Shown piece by piece: positions 1 to 10,800 of a stretch of DNA of 64,000 bases. A program made the position numbers and the translations under genes. The notes under the pieces were generated by a model that saw only the letters and a list, made by a program, of their open reading frames with translations, was not told where the DNA came from and did not search any database. Source of the DNA: an uncultured Bdellovibrionales bacterium (lineage in GTDB: Bacteria > Patescibacteriota > Minisyncoccia > Moranbacterales > UBA2206); the NCBI GenBank assembly GCA_964636505.1, contig CAZWRY010000003.1, forward strand, positions 4,871 to 68,870. Reading direction: 5' to 3'. Each line of letters opens with the position of its first letter. Within the stretch, counting starts at the first letter, position 1.

Positions 1-786
1 ACCACTGGCTGGTAAAGTTCCTTGGGTCCAATTTATACCATCTGAAGAAATAGCTGTAGTATTGCCACTATATGGAACTGCTACAAATATTCCATTCCCA
101 TAAACCAAGGCATTTGATTTGTCTACAGGCAAAGTTCTTTGAGTCCAATTTATACCATCAGGAGAAGTAGCTGCAATAGTGCTGTCGTATGCAACAGCTA
201 CAAATGTACCATTGCCATAGGCTACCGACGTCCACTTTACATTGGCTGGCAATGTTCTCTGAACCCATGTAGAACCACTTGTTTTGTGCAGTGTCACTTT
301 CCCGCTTTCCCAATCAGTTCCATTAATCGCATCTTCCTGAAGATAATTAGCTTCAGTATTAAAATCAATGTTAGCCGTGCCTGCAGATGGGGTCAGCGTC
401 AATTCCGTTCCAGCTGTAACACCGGCATCTTTGGCACTATAGTTTGTCCATCCGGTCTGGTTACTATTGTGATTAGGATTATTAGCTGAAATTCCCCCAC
501 TCCAGCTGGTTTGATTCCATGTATATGTAGCCCCTTCTGAAACTTGAAAATCTTTAAATATCAAAGCCAGAGAAATGGTCAAAACAAAAACGGCCAAGAC
601 AATTTTTCTGAGTATTTGACCGTTAAACAAAGAAAAACTTTTTGTTGAAAAGTTTTTTGGACTCAAAAAGACGCTTTTTCTTTTTCTGTAATTGGACAAA
701 AAAAGCGTCCTCTTGCCACGAAACAAAATTACAGTTTTCTTTTTTTTATTTGAAATTTTTATCTTTCTTTTGTTTTGCGATTCCAT
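1..786 (-). CDS. Partial (C-terminus beyond window start) membrane-anchored BNR/Asp-box repeat protein
   Basis: Minus-strand frame reads ...WTSVAYGNGTFVAVAYDSTIAATSPDGINWTQRTLP... with repeated SxDGINWT Asp-box-like motifs. N-terminal basic stretch then a TM (VLAVFVLTISLALIF). Candidate ATG at 786 preceded by GGAGA; an alternative TTG near 666. The plus ORF 139..489 is a Cys-rich shadow frame. Confidence 0.5.
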   Translation of the reverse strand, partial: MESQNKRKIKISNKKKKTVILFRGKRTLFLSNYRKRKSVFLSPKNFSTKSFSLFNGQILRKIVLAVFVLTISLALIFKDFQVSEGATYTWNQTSWSGGISANNPNHNSNQTGWTNYSAKDAGVTAGTELTLTPSAGTANIDFNTEANYLQEDAINGTDWESGKVTLHKTSGSTWVQRTLPANVKWTSVAYGNGTFVAVAYDSTIAATSPDGINWTQRTLPVDKSNALVYGNGIFVAVPYSGNTTAISSDGINWTQGTLPASG

Positions 787-796
787 TGCCAATCTC

Positions 797-851
797 CAAA
801 AAAATGAAAATAAAGTGAAAAGAGATGAAACCCTTGTTTCTTTGTTTCATC
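797..851 (-). terminator. Rho-independent terminator after the ATP synthase/CA-like operon
   Basis: Hairpin gatgaaac-12nt-gtttcatc (824-851) followed on the minus strand by a U-rich tract. Confidence 0.45.
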
Positions 852-946
852 TTGAGTGCTTACCTCTTTTTTATACTCTCTTTTGGAACAAAAGTCAATG
901 TAAAAAAGCCTAAATAAGGTAAAAAAGTTCGCTAGAAAAGATTTAT

Positions 947-1387
947 TTATATTTTGACAAATTCTATGCCACTTTCATCCTCCGTAAGCTTAGCATAAAT
1001 TAAAATTACTTTTTTTTCTGGATATTTAGCCAATATTTTCTCCTTGGCTTTCTGCAATTCCTCTTCATGAAAGTGTTGCTCTGCTTCTTTATCGCCGTCA
1101 AACTTTTTTGAACCACCATAAGCCCCACAATCTTCATGATTAATGATGACTATTTTTTGGGCATGGTGCAGTTCAACCGGAACACTAATACAACTAAAAG
1201 CTAGCCCATTTTCCTCGCCTTCATTGATAGCCTTGGCTGATCCAGGTAATGACGGAAAATCAAAATCTTTGATACCTAGTTCTTTTTCCACAAATTCAAT
1301 CGTTTCCTTCCAAAATCTGAAATCAATACAAGACAAGACCACTGCTTCACAAGAATGAATTCCTTTAAATTTAAATGATGTTTGCAT
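947..1387 (-). CDS. Short beta-carbonic-anhydrase-like protein (CxDxR ... HxxCG motifs)
   Basis: SCIDFRF and HEDCGAYGG about 64 aa apart, matching beta-CA zinc-ligand spacing. At 146 aa it is shorter than canonical beta-CA. Confidence 0.4.
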   Translation of the reverse strand: MQTSFKFKGIHSCEAVVLSCIDFRFWKETIEFVEKELGIKDFDFPSLPGSAKAINEGEENGLAFSCISVPVELHHAQKIVIINHEDCGAYGGSKKFDGDKEAEQHFHEEELQKAKEKILAKYPEKKVILIYAKLTEDESGIEFVKI

Positions 1388-1398
1388 ATTTTTTATAA

Positions 1399-1845
1399 TT
1401 ATAAACTACTAATACTCGGCGCATGCTTGGAATAATGTTTTTTGGCCACCTTGATGCGAGCCGATTCTTTTTCAATAGCCGCAGCTACCAAGGCATATTC
1501 CGATTCATCCATTGTAATTTTTTGCTTCATTGATTCTTCGGCGCGTTTTTTAGCATCCTCGGCCATTTGCAGATCAATTTCTTCGGCGCGCTCAGCCATA
1601 TCGGCCAAAACCACCATTTCATTCTTATTTAGTTCAACAAAGCCACCTGAAACAGCCAGGATTGACTCTTGTCCTTCTTTTTTGAGACTAATTTCTCCGG
1701 ATCCAAGAACAGTAATGTACGGCATATGATTTGGTAAAACGGTCACTTCTCCATCTGTGGTTGGCAAAGTTACCTGATCGATTTCATCTTGAAAAACCGT
1801 ACGTTCCGGAGTAACAACTTTGAATTTTATTTTTTGAGTAGACAT
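1399..1845 (-). CDS. atpC: F1 ATP synthase epsilon subunit
   Basis: Epsilon-like sequence (KFKVVTPERTVFQDEIDQVTLPTTDGEVTVLPNHMPYIT); last gene of the atp operon. Confidence 0.9.
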   Translation of the reverse strand: MSTQKIKFKVVTPERTVFQDEIDQVTLPTTDGEVTVLPNHMPYITVLGSGEISLKKEGQESILAVSGGFVELNKNEMVVLADMAERAEEIDLQMAEDAKKRAEESMKQKITMDESEYALVAAAIEKESARIKVAKKHYSKHAPSISSL

Positions 1846-1857
1846 TTAAAAAGTTCG

Positions 1858-3240
<1,383 letters not shown>

Positions 3241-3266
3241 TTAAATAATTTATAATAAATATCGCT

Positions 3267-4226
3267 TTAGTTTTCCAACGCTGCCCTGCCAGCGGATATT
3301 TCTGAAATTTCCTGAGTAATCTTTGATTGCCTGATTTGGTTGTAGGCCAGTGTCAAATCATCAACCATTTCATTGGCTGCATCGGTTGCATTTCTCATGG
3401 CCATCATACGTGCCGCTTCTTTGGAAGCATTAGCTTCGAGCATGGCATGGTATATTTGCATTTCAATCAAACGCGGAAAAATGGCTTTCAAAACTTCTTT
3501 TGGATAGGGTTCTATTTTATATTCAATTTCCGGTTCATCCAGGCCATACTCTTTGGCCAGAACATCCATCTCGGCAATTTGTTTTTCCAAATCAATTTTG
3601 GAAACTGGCAGAATTTGTCGTACACGTGTTTCCTGCTTGAGAGTGGAGACATAGTCAGTATAAAAAATAACTACTTTGTCATATTTTTCCGCCATATATT
3701 CATCAATGACAATTCTTCGGATAGCCCGGGCATCACTCATTCTGGGCACAAACATTGATTCGGGGAAAGTGGCCACAATTTCCCTTTTCATTTTTTTAAC
3801 CATATTATCCCCTTTACGTCCGACAGTAATAAAATCGATTTTTAATTTGTCATTAGGGATAGTGGATTCTATTTTTTTCGTCCCAACTCTATTGATTTTT
3901 AACTTTTCCGGATTAGACAATTCATCTTTAACTTTTTTAAAAATTTGCGAATTAAACGATCCGCAAAGACCGCGATTAGAAGTCACCAAAATAGCCAGAA
4001 CATTTTTCACTTCACGTACAGCCAAGAGTTTCTTCTCATATTTTTCGAAAATTCGAGAAAGATTTGTCAAAATACTCCAGGCGCTGTGAGCATATTCCCT
4101 AACTTGCAGCACACCCAAAACAGCCTTTCTCATTTTGGCAGCCGAAACCATCTCCATCGCTCGGGTTATTTTTCCAATATTTTTATTGGACTTTATTCTT
4201 CTTTTAATATCTTTGCCACTAGCCAT
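3267..4226 (-). CDS. atpG: F1 ATP synthase gamma subunit
   Basis: Gamma-like N- and C-terminal helices (MASGKDIKRRIKS...; ...ITQEISEISAGRAAL); lies between alpha and beta. Confidence 0.9.
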   Translation of the reverse strand: MASGKDIKRRIKSNKNIGKITRAMEMVSAAKMRKAVLGVLQVREYAHSAWSILTNLSRIFEKYEKKLLAVREVKNVLAILVTSNRGLCGSFNSQIFKKVKDELSNPEKLKINRVGTKKIESTIPNDKLKIDFITVGRKGDNMVKKMKREIVATFPESMFVPRMSDARAIRRIVIDEYMAEKYDKVVIFYTDYVSTLKQETRVRQILPVSKIDLEKQIAEMDVLAKEYGLDEPEIEYKIEPYPKEVLKAIFPRLIEMQIYHAMLEANASKEAARMMAMRNATDAANEMVDDLTLAYNQIRQSKITQEISEISAGRAALEN

Positions 4227-4229
4227 ATA

Positions 4230-5750
4230 TTATTCCGTATATGTTTCTTTAAATTCCTTGATTGCTTTTTCCAGTTTTTTAACGATTTCATCGGTTAACT
4301 CTTTTTTCTTGCCCAATTCTTGCATAAATTCTTTTTGCTGAGTGTTCATAAATTTGTGAAAATCACTTTCCCATTCCCTGATTTTTTCTGCAGCCACATC
4401 ATCCAAAAATCCATTGGACAGGGCGTAGAGAATGGCCGTTTGATTTTCAACTGGCATTGGCTCATATTGGTCTTGTTTCAAAATTTCCACTGTTCTCTTA
4501 CCTCTTTCAATTTGTTTTCGAGTAGCCTCATCCAGGTCCGATCCAAATTGCGCGAAAGCTTCCAATTCTCGGAATTGCGCCAAATCCAGACGTAATTTTC
4601 CAGCCACCTTTTTCATTCCTTTAGTTTGGGCAGCCGATCCCACACGGGAAACTGAAAGACCAACATTCAAGGCCGGACGAATACCTTTGTAAAATAAATC
4701 AGATTCCAAATAAATTTGTCCGTCTGTAATGGAAATAACATTGGTCGGAATATAAGCTGAAACATCGCCAGCTTGCGTTTCAATCACCGGTAGGGCTGTA
4801 ATTGATCCACCGCCAAAATTTTCATCCAGGCGAGCTGATCTTTCCAAAAGTCTGGAGTGCAAATAGAAAATGTCTCCGGGATAGGCTTCGCGTCCTGGCG
4901 GTCTCTTTAAAATCAAAGAAATCTGACGATAGGCCCAAGCATGCTTACTTAGATCATCATAAATAATCAAAACATCTTTACCCTTGTCCATAAAATATTC
5001 TCCCATCGCACAACCAGCATAAGGTGCAATGAATGAGAGTGAAGCTGAATCAGAAGCTCCAGCTACAACCAAAATCGTATGTTCCATAGCTCCATGTTTT
5101 TCCAATTCCGCTTTGATTCTGGCAATTTTGGATTCTTTTTGCCCAATGGCTACATAAATACAAATCAAATCTTGTCCTTTTTGATTTATGATTGTATCAA
5201 TAGCAATAGCTGTTTTTCCGACCTGGCGGTCGCCGATAATAAGTTCGCGCTGTCCTCTTCCGATTGGAATGAGTGCATCGATAGCTTTTATTCCAGTTTG
5301 AACCGGTACAGTTACGCCTTTTCGGGTAATAACTCCTGGCGCAATTTTTTCTACTGGATAAAATTTATCTGAATCTATTTTTCCTTTACCATCAATGGCC
5401 ATGCCTAAAGGATCAACTACTCGGCCAATCAGATTATCACCTACTGGCACAGAAAGAATTTTCCCAGTTGATTTCACAGTATCGCCTTCCTTGATGTTTT
5501 CAAATTTTCCCAGAATCATGGCACCAATTTGTCCTTCTTCCAGGTTCAAGGCGACACCAAAAATTCCACCAGGAAATTCCAACATTTCCGAAGCCATTAC
5601 ATCGGAAAGCCCGGAAATTTTGGCTACACCATCTCCCACTTCAACGACAGTACCAATTTTTTCTGTCTGGGTTTTGGTTTCAAAATTTTCTATTTGCTTT
5701 TTAAGTTCATCAATTATGTAGTCCTTGTTCACCCCGTTAAATTTTTCCAT
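4230..5750 (-). CDS. atpA: F1 ATP synthase alpha subunit
   Basis: Walker [10 protein letters not shown]; strongly conserved alpha-subunit sequence. Confidence 0.97.
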   Translation of the reverse strand: MEKFNGVNKDYIIDELKKQIENFETKTQTEKIGTVVEVGDGVAKISGLSDVMASEMLEFPGGIFGVALNLEEGQIGAMILGKFENIKEGDTVKSTGKILSVPVGDNLIGRVVDPLGMAIDGKGKIDSDKFYPVEKIAPGVITRKGVTVPVQTGIKAIDALIPIGRGQRELIIGDRQVGKTAIAIDTIINQKGQDLICIYVAIGQKESKIARIKAELEKHGAMEHTILVVAGASDSASLSFIAPYAGCAMGEYFMDKGKDVLIIYDDLSKHAWAYRQISLILKRPPGREAYPGDIFYLHSRLLERSARLDENFGGGSITALPVIETQAGDVSAYIPTNVISITDGQIYLESDLFYKGIRPALNVGLSVSRVGSAAQTKGMKKVAGKLRLDLAQFRELEAFAQFGSDLDEATRKQIERGKRTVEILKQDQYEPMPVENQTAILYALSNGFLDDVAAEKIREWESDFHKFMNTQQKEFMQELGKKKELTDEIVKKLEKAIKEFKETYTE

Positions 5751-5855
5751 ATTATTATTTTTGAATAAATTTTTACGCTTATATTAGTTATTTCATACAA
5801 ATCCCGACTTAACAAACTATTTAACGGGGTTCATATGTTAAATTTAAAAAAATAT

Positions 5856-6257
5856 TTAATTTGTTAAATTATTTTTTAGCCTGGTCAATTGTCCTTCTAT
5901 ACTTCCGTCCAGCACTTCATCCCCGACTTCGATAACGATTCCGCCTTTGATTTTTTCATCTGTAATATTTTTTATTAAAACTTTTTTAGCGACATATTTT
6001 TCCTTAATAAAATTTTCAATTTTTTTTAAAGATTTTTCATCCAATTTTTCTCGGCTGGTTATTTCTGCCATAACAACTCCATTTTCCTTATTCCAAATTT
6101 CTTCAAATTTCTTGGATATTTTGGCAAACAATTTTATTTGCCTATTTTTGTCTAAAATTTTAATAAAATTGGCTACAGCCACAGAGATCTCTTTTTGAGA
6201 TTTTTCTTTAGTTGCAGCATATAGACTTTTAGCGTATTGATTAGCTGTGATTTTCAT
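5856..6257 (-). CDS. atpH: ATP synthase delta (OSCP) subunit, short form
   Basis: Position between atpF and atpA; delta-like helical sequence. 133 aa is short. Confidence 0.7.
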   Translation of the reverse strand: MKITANQYAKSLYAATKEKSQKEISVAVANFIKILDKNRQIKLFAKISKKFEEIWNKENGVVMAEITSREKLDEKSLKKIENFIKEKYVAKKVLIKNITDEKIKGGIVIEVGDEVLDGSIEGQLTRLKNNLTN

Positions 6258-6742
6258 TATTTTATCGCTTTCTCAATTAGTTCCTTGTCTTTGGCGGAAT
6301 TCATTTTTTCATCAATAATTTTTTCCGTAGCTCTGACCACTAAATCGGCAATTTCTGATTTGGCGTCTTTAACGGCTTTATTTTTTTCTTGTTCAATTTG
6401 AACTTTGGCTTCTGCCAAAATTTTTTCTGATTGTTCCTTGGCTGAAACTTCAATATCCCTCGCATTCTTCAGCGCCACATCTTCTGATTTTTTGATTATC
6501 TTTTGAGCTTCATTTCTGGCTTCGGCCAAGATCTTTTTTTCTCTTTCGGCAATTTCTACCAATTTATTTTTAGCATCCTCAGCATCTTTTAGGCCTTTTT
6601 CGATTTTCTTCGTTCTGTTTTCCAACATTTTGAGCACTGGACCGTAGGCAAATTTATACAAAACAAAAAGTAAAACCAAAAAATTGATTATCTGAGCAAC
6701 AAGTAGTTTTATATTGATACCTAAATTATTTAGTAGTTCCAT
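6257..6742 (-). CDS. atpF: ATP synthase Fo subunit b
   Basis: N-terminal TM then a long charged coiled-coil; stop overlaps the atpH start. Confidence 0.8.
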   Translation of the reverse strand: MELLNNLGINIKLLVAQIINFLVLLFVLYKFAYGPVLKMLENRTKKIEKGLKDAEDAKNKLVEIAEREKKILAEARNEAQKIIKKSEDVALKNARDIEVSAKEQSEKILAEAKVQIEQEKNKAVKDAKSEIADLVVRATEKIIDEKMNSAKDKELIEKAIK

Positions 6743-6766
6743 AAGAAATTAATTTATAATTATTTC

Positions 6767-6802
6767 CGCCAGAGGCGGATCAGCCTTCGGCTGAGATTTT
6801 TT
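6767..6802. promoter_or_regulatory. Tandem GC-rich hairpins between atpE and atpF
   Basis: ccgccagaggcgg and tcagccttcggctga followed by a T-run on the plus strand. They sit inside the operon, so a stoichiometry or processing element is possible. Confidence 0.3.
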
Positions 6803-6870
6803 AATTAGTTATTCCCAGTTTTTGGTCCGCAGAATGAAACTACGAACCATGAACTAAGTCCTACCGACTA

Positions 6871-7164
<294 letters not shown>

Positions 7165-7222
7165 TTAACCTGTGGTTTATCGTCACTATCTGCTTATTTA
7201 AAAAATAATTAAAAACACAACT

Positions 7223-7975
7223 TTAATGATGCTCTATAGCTGCTGTTTTCAGAAAAACCAGAGTGAGCATTGAAAATACCAAAGCCTGAATAAAACCAAC
7301 GAATAATTCCAAAAATAAAAATGGAAGCGGAACAAAAAATGGAATCAGATTCAACATTACAATCAACAGAACTTCTCCAGCAAAAATATTCCCAAAGAGA
7401 CGAAAGGAAAATGAAACAACTTTAGCCGTTTCACCGACAATCTCCAGGAGTCCCACGAAAGTTCCGACGATATAGAACGGCTTTTTGAACGGATTAACGA
7501 AAAATTTTCCGGTATATTTAAAAAATCCAATAGTTATAATTCCCATAAATTGAACGGCAAAAACTGCTACCAGAGCAATAGCCAAGGTCACATTCAGATC
7601 AGCTGAGGCACTTCTGAGAAATGGAACCAGTACAGTTTTCCCATGAATTTCTTCATTTATTCCAATCGTTCCCAACCCTGGAACAAGTTCTACCCAATTG
7701 GAAAGAATAACAAAAATAAAAATAGTCATTATTATCGGGAAAAATTTTTTTGTTTGCTTTCTGTCTTGAGTTACTCCGTCAATTAAACTAAGGAAGGCTT
7801 CCACAATTGATTCAAATATATTTTGCACACCTCTAGGAACAAGTTTTAATTTACTTCCCAAAATAACTGAAAAAAGTATGATGAAGAGGCTCAAAAAAAA
7901 TGTCACTAAAAGTGTATTTGTTACAGGAAAGCTTCCTAGATGAAATATCGTTTCTGGTGCTAATGAAATCTCCAT
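7223..7975 (-). CDS. atpB: ATP synthase Fo subunit a
   Basis: Polytopic membrane protein with the conserved RLFGNIFAGE stretch. Confidence 0.9.
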   Translation of the reverse strand: MEISLAPETIFHLGSFPVTNTLLVTFFLSLFIILFSVILGSKLKLVPRGVQNIFESIVEAFLSLIDGVTQDRKQTKKFFPIIMTIFIFVILSNWVELVPGLGTIGINEEIHGKTVLVPFLRSASADLNVTLAIALVAVFAVQFMGIITIGFFKYTGKFFVNPFKKPFYIVGTFVGLLEIVGETAKVVSFSFRLFGNIFAGEVLLIVMLNLIPFFVPLPFLFLELFVGFIQALVFSMLTLVFLKTAAIEHH

Positions 7976-8072
7976 TTTCTTTAAAAATTTAATTAACCCA
8001 ATATCGAAACAGGCCTACTTTTCCTACATTATATCCTCTAATGATAAGCAAGAAAAGACCCGTTTTCAAAAT

Positions 8073-8309
8073 TTATTTATCTAACTTGTTTAAAATATCC
8101 ACGGTCTTCCTATAAATCAAATAGGAAGAAATTGTAATCGAAATTAATATTCCAATCAGAAGAAACCAGGGAGAACTTTCAAATTTTTTGTCCAGAAACC
8201 TCCCAATCAGTGCCAACCCAACCAACGGTACAGCAATGGAATAACCCAATTCCCAAGCCAGCGACACGGCTGACCATGGTTTTTCATTTTTCTTATCTTC
8301 TTCTTTCAT
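8073..8309 (-). CDS. AtpZ/AtpI-like small membrane protein leading the atp operon
   Basis: 78 aa two-TM protein immediately upstream of atpB. Confidence 0.5.
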   Translation of the reverse strand: MKEEDKKNEKPWSAVSLAWELGYSIAVPLVGLALIGRFLDKKFESSPWFLLIGILISITISSYLIYRKTVDILNKLDK

Positions 8310-8471
8310 TATTTTTTAATAAAAAATAATTTAAGATAAAATGTTTCAAATCTATAGTATTTAATTATCTCTTGATAATTTAAAAAAGTCAACCCCGTTA
8401 AAATTTTTGCATATTTTTGGCCTCATTTCGGCATTAAGGCGAAGCCGCTTCGCTCTAGTTTCTGCCTAAAA

Positions 8472-9326
8472 TTACATGTTTTTCGAAATTTGTACGGGGT
8501 CAACCCCAAATAATTTTTTAGCATTTTCCGTCGTAATTTCCGTCACTTCTTCTGCCGAAATTTCCTTTATTTCAGCTATTTTTTGGGCTACAAATTCCAC
8601 ATAAGCCGGCTCATTTCGCTCGCCCTTTTGGGGCACGGGAGCAAGGTATGGACAATCAGTTTCTACAACAATCTTTTCAATTGAAATTTCTCTGATTAAA
8701 CGATCGTAACTTTCACCATAAGTAATAATCCCATTAAGCCCAATTGAATATCCAAGTTCAATAAATTTATTGGCAGTTTTATATCCTCCAACAAAACTAT
8801 GAATGACTCCTTTTTTATTTACCGGATTTTCTTTTAATATTTCAAAAAGATCATCGTAAGCATCCCAACAATGGATTATCAGTGGCTTATTAAGTTCATT
8901 AGCCAGTTTGATAAATCCAATAAAAACTTCTTTTTGTTTATTTTTTAATTTTTCAACATCATCCCCTTCTTCAAAATGATGATAATCCAATCCGACTTCT
9001 CCAATTGCCACCACTTCTTTATTTTTGCCCAATTCTCGATATTTTTTAAAATCAACATCTTCACCGATAGTTTGAATTTCGGCTTGGGTGAGCTCGCCAT
9101 CATCATAAACAAAATGTCCTTTTTGCAAATGCACCGGATGCGTTCCAATGGCCGCCCAAATTTGATTGGGATATTTTTGGGCGTACTCAACCGCCCTCTT
9201 GCTTGTTGAATACTGCGATCCGACATTGATAAAAAAAATGCTTTTGTCCAAAGCTCTTTTAATTACCGCGTCCGCATCTTCGCGATACGCACCAAAATTT
9301 ACATGGGCATGAGTATCAATCAACAT
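8472..9326 (-). CDS. tatD: TatD-family metal-dependent hydrolase
   Basis: MLIDTHAHVNF start and TatD-like His/Asp/Glu pattern. Confidence 0.85.
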   Translation of the reverse strand: MLIDTHAHVNFGAYREDADAVIKRALDKSIFFINVGSQYSTSKRAVEYAQKYPNQIWAAIGTHPVHLQKGHFVYDDGELTQAEIQTIGEDVDFKKYRELGKNKEVVAIGEVGLDYHHFEEGDDVEKLKNKQKEVFIGFIKLANELNKPLIIHCWDAYDDLFEILKENPVNKKGVIHSFVGGYKTANKFIELGYSIGLNGIITYGESYDRLIREISIEKIVVETDCPYLAPVPQKGERNEPAYVEFVAQKIAEIKEISAEEVTEITTENAKKLFGVDPVQISKNM

Positions 9327-9331
9327 AACCT

Positions 9332-10798
9332 TTATTTTATTCTTTGAAAAAGCGGCTCGACTTGTCTGGTTTCCAGGGCTTTTTTTATTTTTTCGGCAGT
9401 TTCGGGTAAAAATGGAGTTAACAAATCAGAAATAACACTTAAATCTTCTACCAGTTTTTGCATTACTTCTTGAAATCTTTCTGAGTCATTTTTAGCAAGT
9501 TCCCAAGGCTTATTATCTTCAATAAACTTATTGTCTTCTTTGATGATTCCCCAGATATAATCCAAACCAAAACTAAGCTCCATCTTTTCAATGAAGGGAT
9601 CCAGCTTCCCCGAAGCTAAGCTTCGGGGTGATTCACCACGAAGCTTAGCTTCGGGGGACAATTTAATAACTCGTGAAACCAGGTTTCCAAGTCCATTGGC
9701 CAAGTCTGCGTTATATTTTTCCGTCATCCATTCCCAATTGATATCCACATCATCACCAAAACTATTGAGACTCAGCAGAATGTAGCGCGTGCCATCAATG
9801 CCAAACTTTTCTACCATTTCGTAAGGAGAAATGACATTTCCCAAAGACTTGGACATTTTTTGCCCATTGCTAGTCAGAAAACTATTAATGAAAATTTGCT
9901 TTGAGGCTGGCAAATTAACTGCCATAAGCATGGCTTGCCACATCGCCGACTGCGGACGTAAATTATCTTTGCCAGCTACTTGAATGCCTGGCCACCAATC
10001 AAAAAATGTTCCAGGAGCACCAACAGGTAATTGAGCAGAATCGTCAGGTTTACCCGCCGAAGCTTCAGCAGAGGCGGGCCAGCCAATAGCAGAAACATAA
10101 TTAATCAAGGCATCAAACCAAACATACATTACCTGACTTTCATCGCCCGGCACAGGTACGCCCCAAGGCATTTTTTCTTTCACGCGCGAAATAGAAAAAT
10201 CTTCCAGTCCCATATTTACAAAACTTTTAATCTCATTAAACCGGTGAGCTGGAACTATGAACTCAGGATTTTTTTCATACAAACCAAGCAGTTTTTGCTG
10301 AAAAGCAGAAAATTTGAAAAAATAATTTTCTTCTTCTCTGATTTCTATTTTTCTATTGGGGTGCAATGGACAACAACCGTCAACCAGTTCTGAATCGGTT
10401 TTTTCCAATTCGCAACCGACACAATATTTTGTTTTGTAATTCTTTTTGTAGATATAACCATTAGCTTCCGCCTGTCGCCAAAATTCTTGCGCAGCTTTCA
10501 TATGATGTTCATCGGTCGTGCGAATAAAATTATCAAAGCTCAAGTTGAGAACATTTTTTAGCTCCTTGAATTTTTCTACTTGTTGATCACAATAGGCCTG
10601 CGTATCCAAACCAAGCTCCTGAGCTCGTTCATATATTTTGGCACCATGCTCATCTGTACCAACATTAAAAAAAACTTCATGGCCAGCCATTCTCTGAAAT
10701 CTCGCCCAAGCATCCGCTCGAATAACTTCCCACGCATAACCAATATGCGGTTCGGCATTCACATAGGGCAAGGTAGTTGTAATATATTTTTTAGCCAT
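9332..10798 (-). CDS. metG: Methionyl-tRNA synthetase (carries an in-frame palindromic insertion)
   Basis: HIGH-region PHIGYAWE, KMSKSLGN motif, zinc knuckle CVGCE...CCPLH. Confidence 0.9.
   Translation of the reverse strand: MAKKYITTTLPYVNAEPHIGYAWEVIRADAWARFQRMAGHEVFFNVGTDEHGAKIYERAQELGLDTQAYCDQQVEKFKELKNVLNLSFDNFIRTTDEHHMKAAQEFWRQAEANGYIYKKNYKTKYCVGCELEKTDSELVDGCCPLHPNRKIEIREEENYFFKFSAFQQKLLGLYEKNPEFIVPAHRFNEIKSFVNMGLEDFSISRVKEKMPWGVPVPGDESQVMYVWFDALINYVSAIGWPASAEASAGKPDDSAQLPVGAPGTFFDWWPGIQVAGKDNLRPQSAMWQAMLMAVNLPASKQIFINSFLTSNGQKMSKSLGNVISPYEMVEKFGIDGTRYILLSLNSFGDDVDINWEWMTEKYNADLANGLGNLVSRVIKLSPEAKLRGESPRSLASGKLDPFIEKMELSFGLDYIWGIIKEDNKFIEDNKPWELAKNDSERFQEVMQKLVEDLSVISDLLTPFLPETAEKIKKALETRQVEPLFQRIK
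9608..9657. repeat. GC-rich nested palindrome inserted in-frame within metG
   Basis: ccccgaagctaagcttcgggg + tgattcacc + acgaagcttagcttcggggg. The full ~50 nt is a near-perfect inverted repeat and encodes SPEAKLRG(E/D)SPRSLASG on both strands. Confidence 0.5.
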
Positions 10799-10800
10799 AT

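Noticed and set aside
139-489. Plus-strand 116 aa ORF
   Set aside because: Cys-rich nonsense frame; the opposite strand encodes a coherent BNR/Asp-box repeat protein across the same region.
692-913. Plus-strand 73 aa hydrophobic ORF
   Set aside because: Lies over the minus-strand terminator hairpin and the start region of the BNR gene; low-complexity T-rich translation with no supporting context.
9591-9785. Plus-strand ORF inside metG
   Set aside because: Exists only because the palindromic insert reads the same on both strands; MetRS on the minus strand is the real gene.
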